Of a stretch of DNA of 64,000 nucleotides, positions 11,244-22,991 are shown one piece after another; the first letter of the stretch is position 1; every line of letters starts with the position of its first letter. Both the position numbers and the translations under genes were made by a program. The stretch comes from Tolypothrix carrinoi HA7290-LM1 (GTDB taxonomy: Bacteria > Cyanobacteriota > Cyanobacteriia > Cyanobacteriales > Nostocaceae). The stretch is taken from positions 14,559 to 78,558 of the forward strand of contig JAHHIK010000026.1 in NCBI GenBank assembly GCA_019358935.1, written 5' to 3'. Under the pieces are notes generated by a model, which was not told where the DNA came from, ran no database searches, and saw only the letters and a list, made by a program, of their open reading frames with translations.

Positions 11244-11543
11244 TTAATAGCGTCTGTTGCCTCTGTCGTAATTGCCACCGCCGCCACGAGAACTTTTCTC
11301 CTCGCGTGGTCTTGCTTTGTTAACTTTCATTGCGCGCCCCATCCATTCTGCACCATCCAAAGCTGCGATCGCAGCGTCTTCTGCCGCTGATGATTCCATT
11401 TCTACGAAACCAAAGCCGCGTGCGCGACCTGTTTCTCTATCTGTGGGTAATTGAACCCGGCTAACGGTGCCGTATTCTGAAAATACTTTACTGAGGTCGT
11501 CTTCTGTGACGCTGTAGGACAGGTTCCCTACGTAAATTGACAT
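11244..11543 (-). CDS. RRM RNA-binding protein with Gly-rich tail (Rbp family)
   Basis: MSIYVGNLSY (RNP2), RGFGFVEM (RNP1). Start is ATG 11543. Confidence 0.95.
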   Translation of the reverse strand: MSIYVGNLSYSVTEDDLSKVFSEYGTVSRVQLPTDRETGRARGFGFVEMESSAAEDAAIAALDGAEWMGRAMKVNKARPREEKSSRGGGGNYDRGNRRY

Positions 11544-11547
11544 GAAA

Positions 11548-11630
11548 TTCTCCAAAATCCATTGATGCAGATATGTTCATTCGGAGAGGCGCCTGCAATT
11601 ATTACTAAAAACAAGATCCGTATCGCCGAA
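11548..11630 (-). promoter_or_regulatory. Conserved rbp 5'-UTR boxes of cold-inducible rbp genes
   Basis: The minus strand shows TTCGGCGA (11623-11630), TCTTGTTTTTAGT (11604-11616), TCTCCGAA (11580-11587) and RBS TTTGGAGA, which can pair with TCTCCGAA. Confidence 0.8.
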
Positions 11631-11767
11631 CTCACTTCATTTCGATTTTATCCTAACATAAGTTCTTTACAAGAAAGGGTATATCTGCCCATTTATGTTA
11701 ATTTTTAGTAAAATGTATTACACGTCACTAAATTTATAATTTTTTTATATTATTCACTCGCTCAAAA

Positions 11768-12777
11768 TCACGTTTGCTGTTGAAATTCCTCTGGATCGAT
11801 TCCCCAATTTACCCAACAAATCGCTTCACGGGCTGATTGTGTATCAGGTGGAACACGCAAAGCATGAATAAATCCCGTAAAGAGTGCAAGTCATTTTTAA
11901 TAAATAAATTGGCTCGTTGTCAACATCGGCATTGATTTTTAATAAAGTGTATTCACCCCAAGCATCTAATTCTATTGCTTGTAACTCCCTGGCTATTCGG
12001 TCATAACCAATACCTTGAATTAGCACTCGGCGCAGTTCGGCATTATTTTCTGATAAAAGCCATTGAGATTCCCAGGAGTGTGGGTGGATTTTACCATATT
12101 TTTCCGGTAAAGTTACACCGTGATGAGAGTAGAGAGCATAACCATCGGCAAATTCTATTGCGGGTTTACATAAGTGCATGAAGGCGATTTTGGTTGTCGA
12201 AGAGAAGATGAAGAGGGCGATCGCATACAATACAAGTCTTTTTATAAAATAAAATCCAGCCACAAAATTTAGCTAGAGATTGATAAATAAGCCATTCTCT
12301 TTGATTATGATTACAATGCAAAACAGAAATACAGAAGTCAAAAGTACTACCATAACAAGCTAACAATTCCGGCTTTAAACAATTAAGAACCAATTCCGTA
12401 TCAAACTCTTTGTCCAGTTGCCTGTCCAATTGGCTTGCGATAAAATTTAATTGAGTTTCTAACTGACTGCTTGTTTGATTTAGCAATTTTGTCAAAAGTT
12501 TGGCATCTACCTGATTATTTATTTGGGTATGGATATCTACCCATAATTCTGTACAAAGTTGCTCCCTTATTTGATGATAAGGATGATTTAAGGCAGCGTA
12601 AGGACTATCACAACAAATAATTTTTGGTTCATCTAAGCCAATATAAGTATAAGCATCGTTCAATGCTTCCGCAGCTTTATGTCTGTCAATTCGCTTACTT
12701 GAAAGTGCAATCTTACGCCATTTATCGCAATAAACTGGAATTAAAGCTTCTTGTTCCGACGTAAGTTTCTCAATCAT
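11768..12777 (-). pseudogene. DUF6745-like protein split by two +1 frameshifts
   Basis: The reading MIEKLTSEQEALIPVY...NRLHA shifts near 12172 into KPAIEFADG...NAELRRVLIQGIGY...LLKMTC, then shifts again near 11880 into TGFIHALRVPPDTQSAREAICWVNWGIDPEEFQQQT* (stop 11768). Confidence 0.82.
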
Positions 12778-12857
12778 TATTACTCTGAAAATACCTCTAC
12801 TTTATTTTCTCCTTACCAGGTGGAACCTGGGAGCGAGGCTAAACGACTAAAAATGTT

Positions 12858-13150
12858 TCAATCAGCCACATAACGCCAGCCTTCAGGCTCATATTCTCTT
12901 TGAATTCGCACCATCCAGTTACCTTGGGGAATCGAAATTGGCTTATGTTCCTCATGTGCCAGTAACGCCTTATCTGAAAACACACGCAGATAAAGGATGT
13001 CATCTTTTTGTGACAATTCCGCCTCACCTTCAGTAATGCGGTGTTTGTGTCCGGTGACTTCACCTTCCGCCAAAATCAAGTGAGGTATCTTTTGTCCTTC
13101 GACTTGCGGTACAGGCAGTAAAATAACATCACCTTGTCGAATCGGTTGCA
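12858..13150 (-). CDS. Conserved small His-rich hypothetical protein, usual partner of DUF6745 genes
   Basis: MQPIRQGDV...GEVTGHKH...HEEH...QREYEP. ATG at 13150 is preceded by AGGGA. Confidence 0.85.
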
Positions 13151-13235
13151 TAGATTTCCCTCTATAAATGTAGGTAAAATCCCACTTTGCTCTTGCTCTC
13201 AAATTTGATTTAATTTTGGCACAATCTCTGAGGAG

Positions 13236-13500
13236 TGGGGAATGGGTAATGGGTAATGGGTAATGGGGAATGGGGAATGGGTAATGGGGAATGGGTAATG
13301 GGGAATGGGTAATGGGGAATGGGTAATGGGTAATGGGGAATGGGTAATGGGGAATGGGTAATGGGTAATAGAAAGAAAGAATTGTCCCCCTGTCCCCCTT
13401 GTCCCCCTTGTCCCCCTTGTCCCCCCCTCCCCCACTCCCCCTGTCCCCCTTGTCCCCCTTGTCCCCCCCTCCCCCACTCCCCCACTCCCCCTCCCCCCCT
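13236..13500. repeat. STRR heptamer array plus 9-mer (TGTCCCCCT) array
   Basis: GG(G/T)AATG tandem array to about 13370, then TGTCCCC(C/T) and CCCCACTC repeats. Confidence 0.9.
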
Positions 13501-13767
13501 CAAGAACTCTCCTTTTCAAAACTGTAGTCGCCAATTATGCAAGATATAAGTTAATGATTGAGATAACACTAAATTTACACTTCTGCTTTCCCTAGCTATC
13601 CTCAAGAAAGGACTATCCTACGGGAAGGGCTACGCTAAGAAGAGCGAATTTGCAGGGATTTTATCTTGAACGGACAGTTTGTGTGAGGATTAAATCACAT
13701 CCACATCAAGCTCAGTAATGTTAATTTGACTGTCTAGCTTTACAGCTATTATTTTTTTGAAATTTCC

Positions 13768-16449
13768 ATGTCAACTCTCGTCATCGTCGAATCTCCAACC
13801 AAAGCTCGTACCATTCGCAATTACCTGCCGAAGGACTATCGAGTGGAAGCGTCTATGGGTCATGTACGTGACCTTCCCCAGTCGGCTACAGATATTCCCG
13901 CTACTGTCAAAGGGGAAAAATGGGCGCAACTGGGGGTAAATGTAGATGCCGACTTTGAACCGCTGTATATCGTCCCCAAAGACAAAAAGAAAATTGTCAC
14001 CCAGCTCAAAGATGCCATGAAAGGCGTAACTGAACTGATTCTGGCAACGGACGAAGACCGGGAAGGTGAAAGCATAAGTTGGCATTTATATCAACTGCTC
14101 AAGCCGAAAATTCCGACCAAGCGGATGGTATTTCACGAAATTACCTCAGACGCGATTAAAAAAGCGTTGAAAAACTGCCGCAATATTGACGATCGCTTGG
14201 TTCGCGCCCAAGAAACGCGGCGAATTTTAGATCGGCTGGTGGGTTATACGCTGTCGCCGTTGCTGTGGAAAAAAATCGCTTGGGGATTATCTGCGGGACG
14301 GGTGCAGTCGGTAGCAGTGCGGCTTTTGGTGAAACGGGAACGCCAACGCCGCGCTTTCCGTGAAGGTACATATTGGGATTTGAAGGCTTACTTGCAGCAT
14401 CAAAAGGCTGCTTTCACCTCGCAGTTAGTGACGCTGGGAAAAACCAAAGTAGCAACTGGTAGTGATTTTGATGCAGCGACAGGGCAAATTATTGCTGGGC
14501 GCAAAGTCGTGCTGCTTTCAGAACAAGAAGCTTCAGCGCTCAAAGAACGCCTGACAGGTAAACCCTGGAGTGTGACAGACATTGAGGAACGCCCGGTAAC
14601 ACGCAAACCCGCGCCACCGTTTACCACCTCGACGCTGCAACAAGAATCTAACCGGAAACTGCGCCTTTCTGCGCGGGATACAATGCGAATTGCTCAGAAG
14701 TTGTACGAGCAGGGGTATATTACCTACATGCGTACAGATTCGGTGCATTTGTCAGATCAAGCAATTTCAGCTGCCCGTGATTGTGTTGAAAAGCTTTACG
14801 GCAAATCATATCTCAGCCCCCAACCCAGGCAATACACCACCAAATCCAAAGGCGCACAAGAAGCACACGAAGCCATACGTCCGGCGGGTAGCAGCTTCCG
14901 CACGCCGCAAGAAACTGGCTTAGGCGGTCGAGAACTCGCACTGTATGACTTGATTTGGAAGCGCACCGTAGCCTGTCAAATGGCTGATTCTCGCCAAACT
15001 CAAATTACCGTACAGTTGCAAGTTGAGGATGCGGGTTTTCGTTCTTCTGGTAAGCGAATTGATTTTCCCGGTTTTTTACGCGCTTACGTTGAAGGTTCAG
15101 ACGATCCCGATGCGGCGTTGGAAGACCAAGAAGTAATTTTACCACCGATGAAAGTCGGAGATCATCCAAATTGTACGAACTTAGAGGCGATCGCTCACGA
15201 AACTCAACCACCAGCTAGATACACTGAAGCTACCTTGGTGAAAACTTTAGAAAGTGAAGGTATCGGTCGTCCCAGTACTTACGCCAGCATTATCGGCACA
15301 ATTATTGATAAAGGTTACGCCCAATTGGTGAATAATGCTCTCATACCCACATTCACCGCTTTTGCTGTCACCGACTTGCTAGAAAAACACTTTCCCGACA
15401 TCGTAGATCCCAGCTTTACTTCCAAAATGGAGCAAACTTTAGATGATATTGCTACCGGCGAAGCTAAATGGCTACCCTATCTGCGGGAATTTTATTTGGG
15501 AGACAAAGGTCTAGAAACGCTGGTTAGAGAACAAGACAGCCAAATTGATGCTACCAAAGCTAGAACGGTAGAACTAGAAAATCTCGATGCTAAAGTCCGC
15601 ATTGGTAAATACGGTCCTTACATCGAAGTCGAAAATGGTAACGGTGTTGTTACTGCTTCAATTCCCAAAGACCTCACCCCCGCTGACCTCGACCCGAAAA
15701 AGGTAGAAGTTCTACTGCGACAAAAAACTGAAGGTCCCGACCAAGTAGGGCGTCATCCAGAAACTGGCGAACCGATTTATGTGAAAATTGGCGCTTACGG
15801 TCCTTACGTTCAGTTGGGTGACAAGACGGAAGAAAACCCCAAACCCAAACAAGCTTCTTTACCTAAAGGTGTTACTCCAGAAAATGTCACTCTGGAGATG
15901 GCTGTTGGTCTTTTAGCGCTACCCCGGACATTAGGAGTTCATCCGGTTACAGGTGGCAAAATTCAAACAAGTTTAGGACGTTTTGGTCCTTATGTTGTTC
16001 ATGACCAAGGTAAAGAAGGTAAAGATTATCGCTCTTTAAAAGCTAGCGATAATGTCTTAACAATTTCTTTAGAAAGGGCTTTGGAATTGTTATCTGAACC
16101 GAAAAAAGGACGCAGCAGCACTAATAGTAAATCTAAAGCTGCTTTACGCGAATTGGGCGCACATCCAGAAGACGGCGAACCAGTCAATATCTACGATGGT
16201 CCTTATGGACCTTACATCAAACACGCGAAAACAAACGTGAGTATCCCCGAAGGTCAATCGGTAGAAAATGTAACGCTTTCCGCAGCATTGGAGTTGTTAG
16301 CAAGTAAAGCATCGTCGGCAAAATCCACACGTAAGACAACGAGTAAAACTACAACCAAAACCACGCCCAAATCAACCACTACTAAAGCTAAGTCAACGGC
16401 TAAGTCGTCTACCACAACTGCGAAAAAACAAGGGCGAAAGGGAGAATAG
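13768..16449 (+). CDS. topA: DNA topoisomerase I
   Basis: [46 protein letters not shown] and C-terminal GRFGPY repeats. Confidence 0.98.
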   Translation: MSTLVIVESPTKARTIRNYLPKDYRVEASMGHVRDLPQSATDIPATVKGEKWAQLGVNVDADFEPLYIVPKDKKKIVTQLKDAMKGVTELILATDEDREGESISWHLYQLLKPKIPTKRMVFHEITSDAIKKALKNCRNIDDRLVRAQETRRILDRLVGYTLSPLLWKKIAWGLSAGRVQSVAVRLLVKRERQRRAFREGTYWDLKAYLQHQKAAFTSQLVTLGKTKVATGSDFDAATGQIIAGRKVVLLSEQEASALKERLTGKPWSVTDIEERPVTRKPAPPFTTSTLQQESNRKLRLSARDTMRIAQKLYEQGYITYMRTDSVHLSDQAISAARDCVEKLYGKSYLSPQPRQYTTKSKGAQEAHEAIRPAGSSFRTPQETGLGGRELALYDLIWKRTVACQMADSRQTQITVQLQVEDAGFRSSGKRIDFPGFLRAYVEGSDDPDAALEDQEVILPPMKVGDHPNCTNLEAIAHETQPPARYTEATLVKTLESEGIGRPSTYASIIGTIIDKGYAQLVNNALIPTFTAFAVTDLLEKHFPDIVDPSFTSKMEQTLDDIATGEAKWLPYLREFYLGDKGLETLVREQDSQIDATKARTVELENLDAKVRIGKYGPYIEVENGNGVVTASIPKDLTPADLDPKKVEVLLRQKTEGPDQVGRHPETGEPIYVKIGAYGPYVQLGDKTEENPKPKQASLPKGVTPENVTLEMAVGLLALPRTLGVHPVTGGKIQTSLGRFGPYVVHDQGKEGKDYRSLKASDNVLTISLERALELLSEPKKGRSSTNSKSKAALRELGAHPEDGEPVNIYDGPYGPYIKHAKTNVSIPEGQSVENVTLSAALELLASKASSAKSTRKTTSKTTTKTTPKSTTTKAKSTAKSSTTTAKKQGRKGE

Positions 16450-16561
16450 GGAACTTGGTAATTGGGAACGTGCGAATTGCGAATTGCGAATTGGTAATTG
16501 GACAAAACCATTACCCATTCCCCATTCCCCATTCCCCATTCCCCATTCCCCATTCCCCATT
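16445..16561. repeat. STRR arrays after topA
   Basis: GCGAATT/GGTAATT repeats, then CCCATTC repeats. Confidence 0.85.
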
Positions 16562-16794
16562 TTCTATTTGCTTGTGACACAATACCTTTCTTTGGTATGA
16601 TGCAAGTCTATAGGTTGCTAATGTGATACTGTAGTAAGTATGGGAGATCGCAACACAAAATTTGACCAATGGCTTATGCCTACAATAAAGTGATGTGTAT
16701 CAAGCCAGTTTCAAGCCAGAGGTGCGAAATAACGCTAGTTTCTGCTTAACTGTGAATCAATTATTAAGGTAGTATCTCAGGAGCGCTCAGTCAA

Positions 16795-16932
16795 ATGGAC
16801 TATATAGATAACATACTGGAGAAGCTGAAAGAATTGGCACGCAAGCTGATTGAAGCCCTGCTAGGTCCAGAGGCTGAGGCAGAACCGGAACTAATTCCGA
16901 TTCCTGTAAATGACCGATCGCGCCGTCGCTAA
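16795..16932 (+). CDS. Small 45-aa hypothetical protein
   Basis: [50 protein letters not shown] lies upstream, and the stop is 10 nt before the probable aroQ start. It is below the ORF-track cutoff. Confidence 0.78.
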   Translation: MDYIDNILEKLKELARKLIEALLGPEAEAEPELIPIPVNDRSRRR

Positions 16933-16942
16933 AAGCTCAAAA

Positions 16943-17407
16943 GTGGTTGTATTGACATTAGAATATTTAAGCGTTCTGGTACTACACGGACCAAACCTAA
17001 ATCTACTAGGACAGCGAGAACCAGGAATTTATGGTTCACTCAGTTTGGCGGAAATTAATCGCCTGTTAGAAGAAGAAGGAAAAAAACTACAGGCGAATGT
17101 TTCTTGCTTGCAGTCAAATCATGAAGGAGTTTTGGTAGATGCGATTCATGGCGCGTTAGGGCAACATCAAGGAATTTTAATTAACGCCGGGGCGTATACT
17201 CATACAAGTGTGGCATTGCGAGATGCGATCGCCGCTGTGAATTTACCAACAGTAGAAGTACATTTAAGTAACATCTACCGTAGGGAAGAATTTCGGCATC
17301 ATTCATATATAGCACCAGTGGCGATCGGGCAAATAAGTGGTTTTGGTGTCCAAAGCTATTTATTAGGTTTACAAGCGTTGGTACATCATTTAAGAAATAA
17401 AACTTAA
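16943..17407 (+). CDS. aroQ: Type II 3-dehydroquinate dehydratase
   Basis: [54 protein letters not shown]. Start uncertain (GTG 16943 or a nearby TTG). Confidence 0.96.
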   Translation: MVVLTLEYLSVLVLHGPNLNLLGQREPGIYGSLSLAEINRLLEEEGKKLQANVSCLQSNHEGVLVDAIHGALGQHQGILINAGAYTHTSVALRDAIAAVNLPTVEVHLSNIYRREEFRHHSYIAPVAIGQISGFGVQSYLLGLQALVHHLRNKT

Positions 17408-17454
17408 AATTTCAGACTATTGAATATGGGCGGGGGAAAGAGTGCCCCTACTTT

Positions 17455-18369
17455 ATGCGCTATTCTCTGGAAAGTCGGTTTAGAGGTACAATAATCGGGG
17501 CGTTTGTTGGGGATTTAGCCTTCGGTAGTTTTGATGTGCCGAAAAATTGGCATGAAATTGCGCTTTTAGGTGTGGAAAGTTTAATAACGACTTCGCAACT
17601 GAATTTAGATGATTGGATTTGCCGTCAAAAAGCAGAATTTCCTCATTTAGATAGTAGTTGCGTTTCCTTAAAAGCGATTATTGCTACTTTGCCAGTGGCG
17701 CTGTTTTACTTTGACAATACAGTTAAGCTAAGACAAAACTTGAGTCAGGCGATCGCAATCTGGGATCAAGATTTAGTAGTGCGCGATGGTACACTAGCAG
17801 TAGGCTATGCGATCGCTCAATGCTTAACTGAAAAACTAGATATAAAAACCCTCATACCTCAAACAATTGACTTTATTGGCGAAACGCCAACTGCTTTACC
17901 ACAAACTTTATTAAAAGTCAATAATTTATTACTTCAGGGTGCTGGATTAGAAAGAGTACAAGGGGCGTTAAGCCGAGAAGAAAAGCTAAGTAAAGCTGTT
18001 GCTATGGCGTTTTACTGCTTTCTTAGTACCTTAGAAGACTTCCGTTTGTCAATTTTGCGGGCTACTAACAACAGCGATGCACTGCCCGCTACAGGTGCAA
18101 TTACTGGTGCTTTATCAGGGGCTTACAACAGCATCACGGGCATTCCCGTAAGTTGGCAGATGAAGTTATCTTCAGCAAATTCGACAACATCAAGAGCGAG
18201 CAACCGCAAGCAGATGATAGAATTAGCTGATGGACTGGTGGCTGTCTGGTCAGGAGCGTATGACCTTGCCTCATATCCAGAGGATTTACAAAAACAGGGA
18301 CATGCAATGTCTGACAAACAGGGTACGCTATGCGTCAGTGCAGCTCCTCGCGTCATTCGGTTGCGTTAA
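17455..18369 (+). CDS. ADP-ribosylglycohydrolase family protein (degenerate acidic motifs)
   Basis: SRFRGTIIGAFVGD N-terminus and TGAITGALSGAYNS...IPVSW C-terminal motif. Confidence 0.75.
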   Translation: MRYSLESRFRGTIIGAFVGDLAFGSFDVPKNWHEIALLGVESLITTSQLNLDDWICRQKAEFPHLDSSCVSLKAIIATLPVALFYFDNTVKLRQNLSQAIAIWDQDLVVRDGTLAVGYAIAQCLTEKLDIKTLIPQTIDFIGETPTALPQTLLKVNNLLLQGAGLERVQGALSREEKLSKAVAMAFYCFLSTLEDFRLSILRATNNSDALPATGAITGALSGAYNSITGIPVSWQMKLSSANSTTSRASNRKQMIELADGLVAVWSGAYDLASYPEDLQKQGHAMSDKQGTLCVSAAPRVIRLR

Positions 18370-18378
18370 TCATCAGAA

Positions 18379-18511
18379 TTGGGAATTGGGAAAAAGGTAA
18401 TGGGTAATAGGTAATGGGTAATGGGTAATAGGTAATAGGTAATAGGTAATGGGGAAGATATCGCTCCCCCTCTCCCACTCCCCCCCCTGCCCCCCCTGCC
18501 CCCCCTGCCCT
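18379..18511. repeat. STRR and 10-mer arrays
   Basis: GGTAAT(G/A) tandem array and CCCCCCCTGC repeats. Confidence 0.85.
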
Positions 18512-18722
18512 CTTCAATTTCCCCAACCGGAAAATTTTAGTGATATTTTATATAGGTACTGTACGGGAAACGCTAAAGCTTATTCTTTAGATAGCTATTG
18601 TGGCAAATCAACTTAAATTTGAGTATCGCGAGTGAAGTTTCTATGGATAGAAAAGTGCGATCGCATGAATGTCAGGGTATCTTGTTTTAAGCTATCAAAG
18701 TAAGTAACTGCGGTCATAGGTA

Positions 18723-21326
18723 ATGAAAACGCAGCCATTTCTTCAATCAATGACCGATAAATTGACCCACTGGCAACGACGTTACAAGACGCTACTAAAT
18801 AAACGACACTTGCTTGGAAGAACAGGTGTCATCAATGATTTTCTGCCGGATTTATCTGAAACAAGCGATTCAGGCGATCGGCAAAAACTAAGAGTTTCCA
18901 GATCGATGGCGGCGTATAAAACTAATAGAGGCACTTGTGTAAGCAGATTGGGCTATATTCACCAACGCACCCCGGTTATTTTTGCGATCGCATTAGTGTC
19001 CCTCACAGGCGTGATGGGGCATAAATTATACAACACAACAAAGCTGAAAGCAGGGACTATCGCACCACTAACGATGAAAGCTCCCTACTCAGCTAACATT
19101 GAAGATAAGAAAAAAACCGAGCAAGAGCGCAAAGCCGCTACTAAAAGTTCCTTATCAGTGTTAATGGTCGATGCACAAGTTAACGAAAAAATTCGTCAAG
19201 ATTTGCAACGATTTTTGGATACGGGTAACGAAATTCGTGCAACTGCCGGGTATTTTCCTTTTTTTGACACTTTAGTTTTACCTGTTTCTACCCAGCGTTA
19301 TCTGCGTTCTTGTTCTAATTCTGAATGGCAAACGCTGCTAAAAGCCGTAGGGAATACGAACGTGCAGCCGAAGTTCGCACTCAAAACTCAAAAGCAAAGC
19401 AGTAAAATTGCCGTCATTAAAACGGCTATAGAAGTGCAAAAAGATACAATTTTTCTACAGACTGCCGGCGGAAAACTTGATAATATTTCCCAAAAACCTG
19501 ACTTTGCTCAAGCAGTGGCGGAATTAGAAACTTACCGTTTGACGACTTCACAGCAAAACTTGTCCTCACTCACCGCTCAAATCTCCCAAGCCCGCCAAGC
19601 ATACGCTCAAGCAAACGCCAAACTGTTACAGCTTAAGGCTGTTAACCCGAAAACAGTATATAATGACACTTTTATTTTGAACTTGTCAGATGAGGACTGG
19701 GGAAAAACAGAAACGGGAATTCAACAAAGTGCAGAGCGGATTCTCGCCCAAGGTATCCCACTAGGACTGCCGCCAAATATCTTACAAGATGCCGTGAGGC
19801 TACAAGTGCAGACATCAGTACCACAAGAAGCCGAGTCTTTAGCAAGAAAACTTTTGCTGATTGTACTCAAACCGAATCTTAAGAAAGATGAAGAACTAAG
19901 CAAACAAAGTGGGGCACAAGCTGCTGCTGGTGTGAAACCTGTGATGGTGTCGATGCGGCAAGGTGAGGTAATTGTCAAAAAAGGAGAGACGATTACTGCT
20001 TGGGACTTTGAGGTGCTAGAGCATTATCATTTAGTACGGCGGGAGATTAACTGGCTGGGTTTGACGAAGCTGGGAGGCTTTGTTAGCGTATATATTGGCA
20101 TTTTTGCTTTGGTGGAACGGCGAATTAAAACAAAAATGCGGCAACGCGATCGCCTGTTAATATTGTTGCTGACTATAAGTGTGCCCGGAGTGCTAATAGG
20201 TACACCTTATACTACTTGGAGCGCCATTGGTTTATTGTTGGGTAGCTTCTACGGAGCTAATTTAGGTATAACAGTTATCGGATTGCTGGCTTTACATTTA
20301 CCATTTAGCTTGGAAATTAGTAGGACTGTGCTTTGGAGTGGTGCTGCTGGGGGAATACTTGGTAGTTGTATCGCCAAACGTTTGCGATCGCGTGAGGAAC
20401 TTGCACTTCTTAGCGTCGGTGTTGCCTTAACTCAAGGTGGCGTTTATCTGATATTCAAGCTGTTAGTCGGTGCAGCATTTGGTTCAGGCTGGTATATCGT
20501 ACTTAGAGAAGCCGGGTTCTTTGCTTTATCCGGCTTAGTTTGGAGTGTTGTTGCCTTGGGCTTGAGTCCTTATTTAGAAAAACTTTTTGATTTAGTCACC
20601 CCGATTCGTTTAGCAGAACTGGCGAATCCGAACCGTTCTTTGTTAAAACAACTCGCGACAAAAACTCCTGGGACTTTTCAGCATACCTTGTTTGTGGCTA
20701 CTCTTGCCGAAGCTGCTGCCAAACACCTTAAATGCAATGTCGAATTGGTGAGAGCCGGCACATTATACCATGATATTGGGAAAATGCATGACCCTTTGGG
20801 ATTTATTGAAAATCAAATGGGGGGACCAAATAAACACGACACGGAAATAAACGATCCTTGGAAAAGTGCGAAAATTATCAAAAAGCACGTCAGTGAAGGA
20901 TTGGCGATGGCGCGAAAACACAGCTTACCTACAGCGATTCAAGCTTTTATTCCCGAACATCAGGGAACAATGCTAATCGCTTATTTTTATCATCAAGCGC
21001 AGCAAATGGCAAAAGAAAATCCAAATTTAACAGTGAACGAAGCGGATTTTCGCTACGATGGACCGATTCCCCAGTCGCGGGAAACAGCAATTGTGATGTT
21101 AGCAGACTCTTGCGAAGCAGCGCTGCGATCGCTTAAAGATGTTACTCCAGAACAAGCTTTAGCGATGGTTAACAACATCCTCCGTGCGAGATGGCAAGAT
21201 AATCAACTGCTAGATTCAGGTTTAACACGAGAGGAAATGTCACAAATTGCCGAAATTTTTGTCGAAGTTTGGCAGCAATTTCATCATAAACGCATTGCTT
21301 ATCCTAAGTTCAAGCCTTGCAATTAA
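18723..21326 (+). CDS. 7TM-HD (HDIG) phosphohydrolase, PgpH-like cyclic-dinucleotide phosphodiesterase family
   Basis: PGTFQHT, LYHDIGK, FIENQ, EHQGT, FRYDGPIPQSRETAIVMLADSCEAA, plus a multi-TM segment. Confidence 0.92.
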   Translation: MKTQPFLQSMTDKLTHWQRRYKTLLNKRHLLGRTGVINDFLPDLSETSDSGDRQKLRVSRSMAAYKTNRGTCVSRLGYIHQRTPVIFAIALVSLTGVMGHKLYNTTKLKAGTIAPLTMKAPYSANIEDKKKTEQERKAATKSSLSVLMVDAQVNEKIRQDLQRFLDTGNEIRATAGYFPFFDTLVLPVSTQRYLRSCSNSEWQTLLKAVGNTNVQPKFALKTQKQSSKIAVIKTAIEVQKDTIFLQTAGGKLDNISQKPDFAQAVAELETYRLTTSQQNLSSLTAQISQARQAYAQANAKLLQLKAVNPKTVYNDTFILNLSDEDWGKTETGIQQSAERILAQGIPLGLPPNILQDAVRLQVQTSVPQEAESLARKLLLIVLKPNLKKDEELSKQSGAQAAAGVKPVMVSMRQGEVIVKKGETITAWDFEVLEHYHLVRREINWLGLTKLGGFVSVYIGIFALVERRIKTKMRQRDRLLILLLTISVPGVLIGTPYTTWSAIGLLLGSFYGANLGITVIGLLALHLPFSLEISRTVLWSGAAGGILGSCIAKRLRSREELALLSVGVALTQGGVYLIFKLLVGAAFGSGWYIVLREAGFFALSGLVWSVVALGLSPYLEKLFDLVTPIRLAELANPNRSLLKQLATKTPGTFQHTLFVATLAEAAAKHLKCNVELVRAGTLYHDIGKMHDPLGFIENQMGGPNKHDTEINDPWKSAKIIKKHVSEGLAMARKHSLPTAIQAFIPEHQGTMLIAYFYHQAQQMAKENPNLTVNEADFRYDGPIPQSRETAIVMLADSCEAALRSLKDVTPEQALAMVNNILRARWQDNQLLDSGLTREEMSQIAEIFVEVWQQFHHKRIAYPKFKPCN

Positions 21327-21814
21327 AAGTGACGATATTTACATTTTTGTTGTAAATGTCTATTAAAAATTAGAAGAATGCTTTCTTAATATCAGTAGTT
21401 AACAAGATAATGACACAAATTTTAGCATAATTTGGGTATTGTCTTGCTTATCTAAAATAGAATTTTCAGATTTAATGTATAAATAACAACTATAAAGTTT
21501 TATCTATAACTGAAAAATTCATGCGGACATAATTGAGAATTTATAATTATTTTCAGATGGGGATTTAAATCCCACCCAATTAAAACTACTTTATTAGGCA
21601 CCGGGTACAAACCCATTTTTAATTATGAATTATGAATTAATAATTATTAATTAAGTTGAATACCTATAGTATGACTGAGAGTACTGATGCTGGCTAGAAT
21701 GGCAGGATATAAATATAAAGGATGTCTATTAACCGGCAATTTCAAAAAAACCATTGAAGCTGGATCTCGGTGTGCAAACCATTTTAGTAGCAGTAAATAC
21801 TTGGAAAATATACT

Positions 21815-22981
21815 ATGTTTAGTGATAAAAAAGACATTATGAATAAATCAGCATATATTCTCAGTCTAGGAATAGGTTGGTTTCCCAAAACACCCGGAGG
21901 TTTAGAAAGGTATATTTATGAACTAACTAAACAATTAGCAGCAAATGAAGACAAGGTAGAATTATGTGGTGTCGGATTACCAGAAGCTGAAGAAAATTTG
22001 CCGATAAAGTTGACTAACCTAGCTTCTCCAGATAGTCCAATTTGGCAACGTCTGTGGTCTATTCGCACTAACTTTGAAAAAACGAGAGTAGACACACCAG
22101 ATGCAATTAATTTACATTTTGCATTGTATAGCTATCCGATTTTGAATCTTTTGCCAAAAGAAGTGCCAATTACTTTTAACTTTCATGGACCTTGGGCATC
22201 TGAAAGTCAGGAGGAAGGAGTTAATAAAGTAACCGCGTTTCTCAAGCACTGGCTGATAGAAAAAAGAGTTTATGAACGCTGCGATCGCTTCATAGTTCTC
22301 AGCAAAGCATTTGGCAATATCTTACATCAACAATATCAAGTACCAAATGATAAAATTAACGTAATTCCTGGTGGAGTTGATATTAATCGGTTTCAACCAA
22401 ATCTATCACCTAAAGAGGCTCGTAGCAAGTTAAATTGGCCCCAAGATCGCCCAGTAATATTTACATCCCGTCGTTTAGTAAATCGAATGGGGCTTGACAA
22501 ATTGTTGATAGCGATCGCTACAATAAAACCGAGAATTCCTGACGTTTGGCTGGCAATTGGTGGTCGTGGACCATTAGAAGCTGCACTAAAACAACAAACG
22601 GCAGAATTGGGACTCGACGACCACGTTCAATTCTTAGGCTTTTTACCTGATGAAGAATTACCAATAGCTTATCAAGCTGCCGATTTGAGTGTAATGCCCA
22701 GTCAATCTTTTGAAGGATTTGGATTAGCAATAGTCGAATCTTTAGCTTGTGGTACTCCAGTTGTGTGTACTCCGGTTGGGGGAATGCCAGAAATTTTAGA
22801 ACCATTCTCACCACATTTAATTACTGACTCTATCGAAGTGTCAGCTATTGCCGAAAAATTAGAAGAAGTATTACTAAGAAAATTGCCAGTACCTTCACGA
22901 GAAGACTGTCGTCAATACGCTGTTACACAGTTCGACTGGCAGAAAATTGCAACTCAGGTGCGCTCGATTCTTTTAGCCTAA
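21815..22981 (+). CDS. GT4 glycosyltransferase
   Basis: GGLERY, EGFGLAIVESLACGTPVV. Confidence 0.93.
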   Translation: MFSDKKDIMNKSAYILSLGIGWFPKTPGGLERYIYELTKQLAANEDKVELCGVGLPEAEENLPIKLTNLASPDSPIWQRLWSIRTNFEKTRVDTPDAINLHFALYSYPILNLLPKEVPITFNFHGPWASESQEEGVNKVTAFLKHWLIEKRVYERCDRFIVLSKAFGNILHQQYQVPNDKINVIPGGVDINRFQPNLSPKEARSKLNWPQDRPVIFTSRRLVNRMGLDKLLIAIATIKPRIPDVWLAIGGRGPLEAALKQQTAELGLDDHVQFLGFLPDEELPIAYQAADLSVMPSQSFEGFGLAIVESLACGTPVVCTPVGGMPEILEPFSPHLITDSIEVSAIAEKLEEVLLRKLPVPSREDCRQYAVTQFDWQKIATQVRSILLA

Positions 22982-22991
22982 ATAAGTATAC

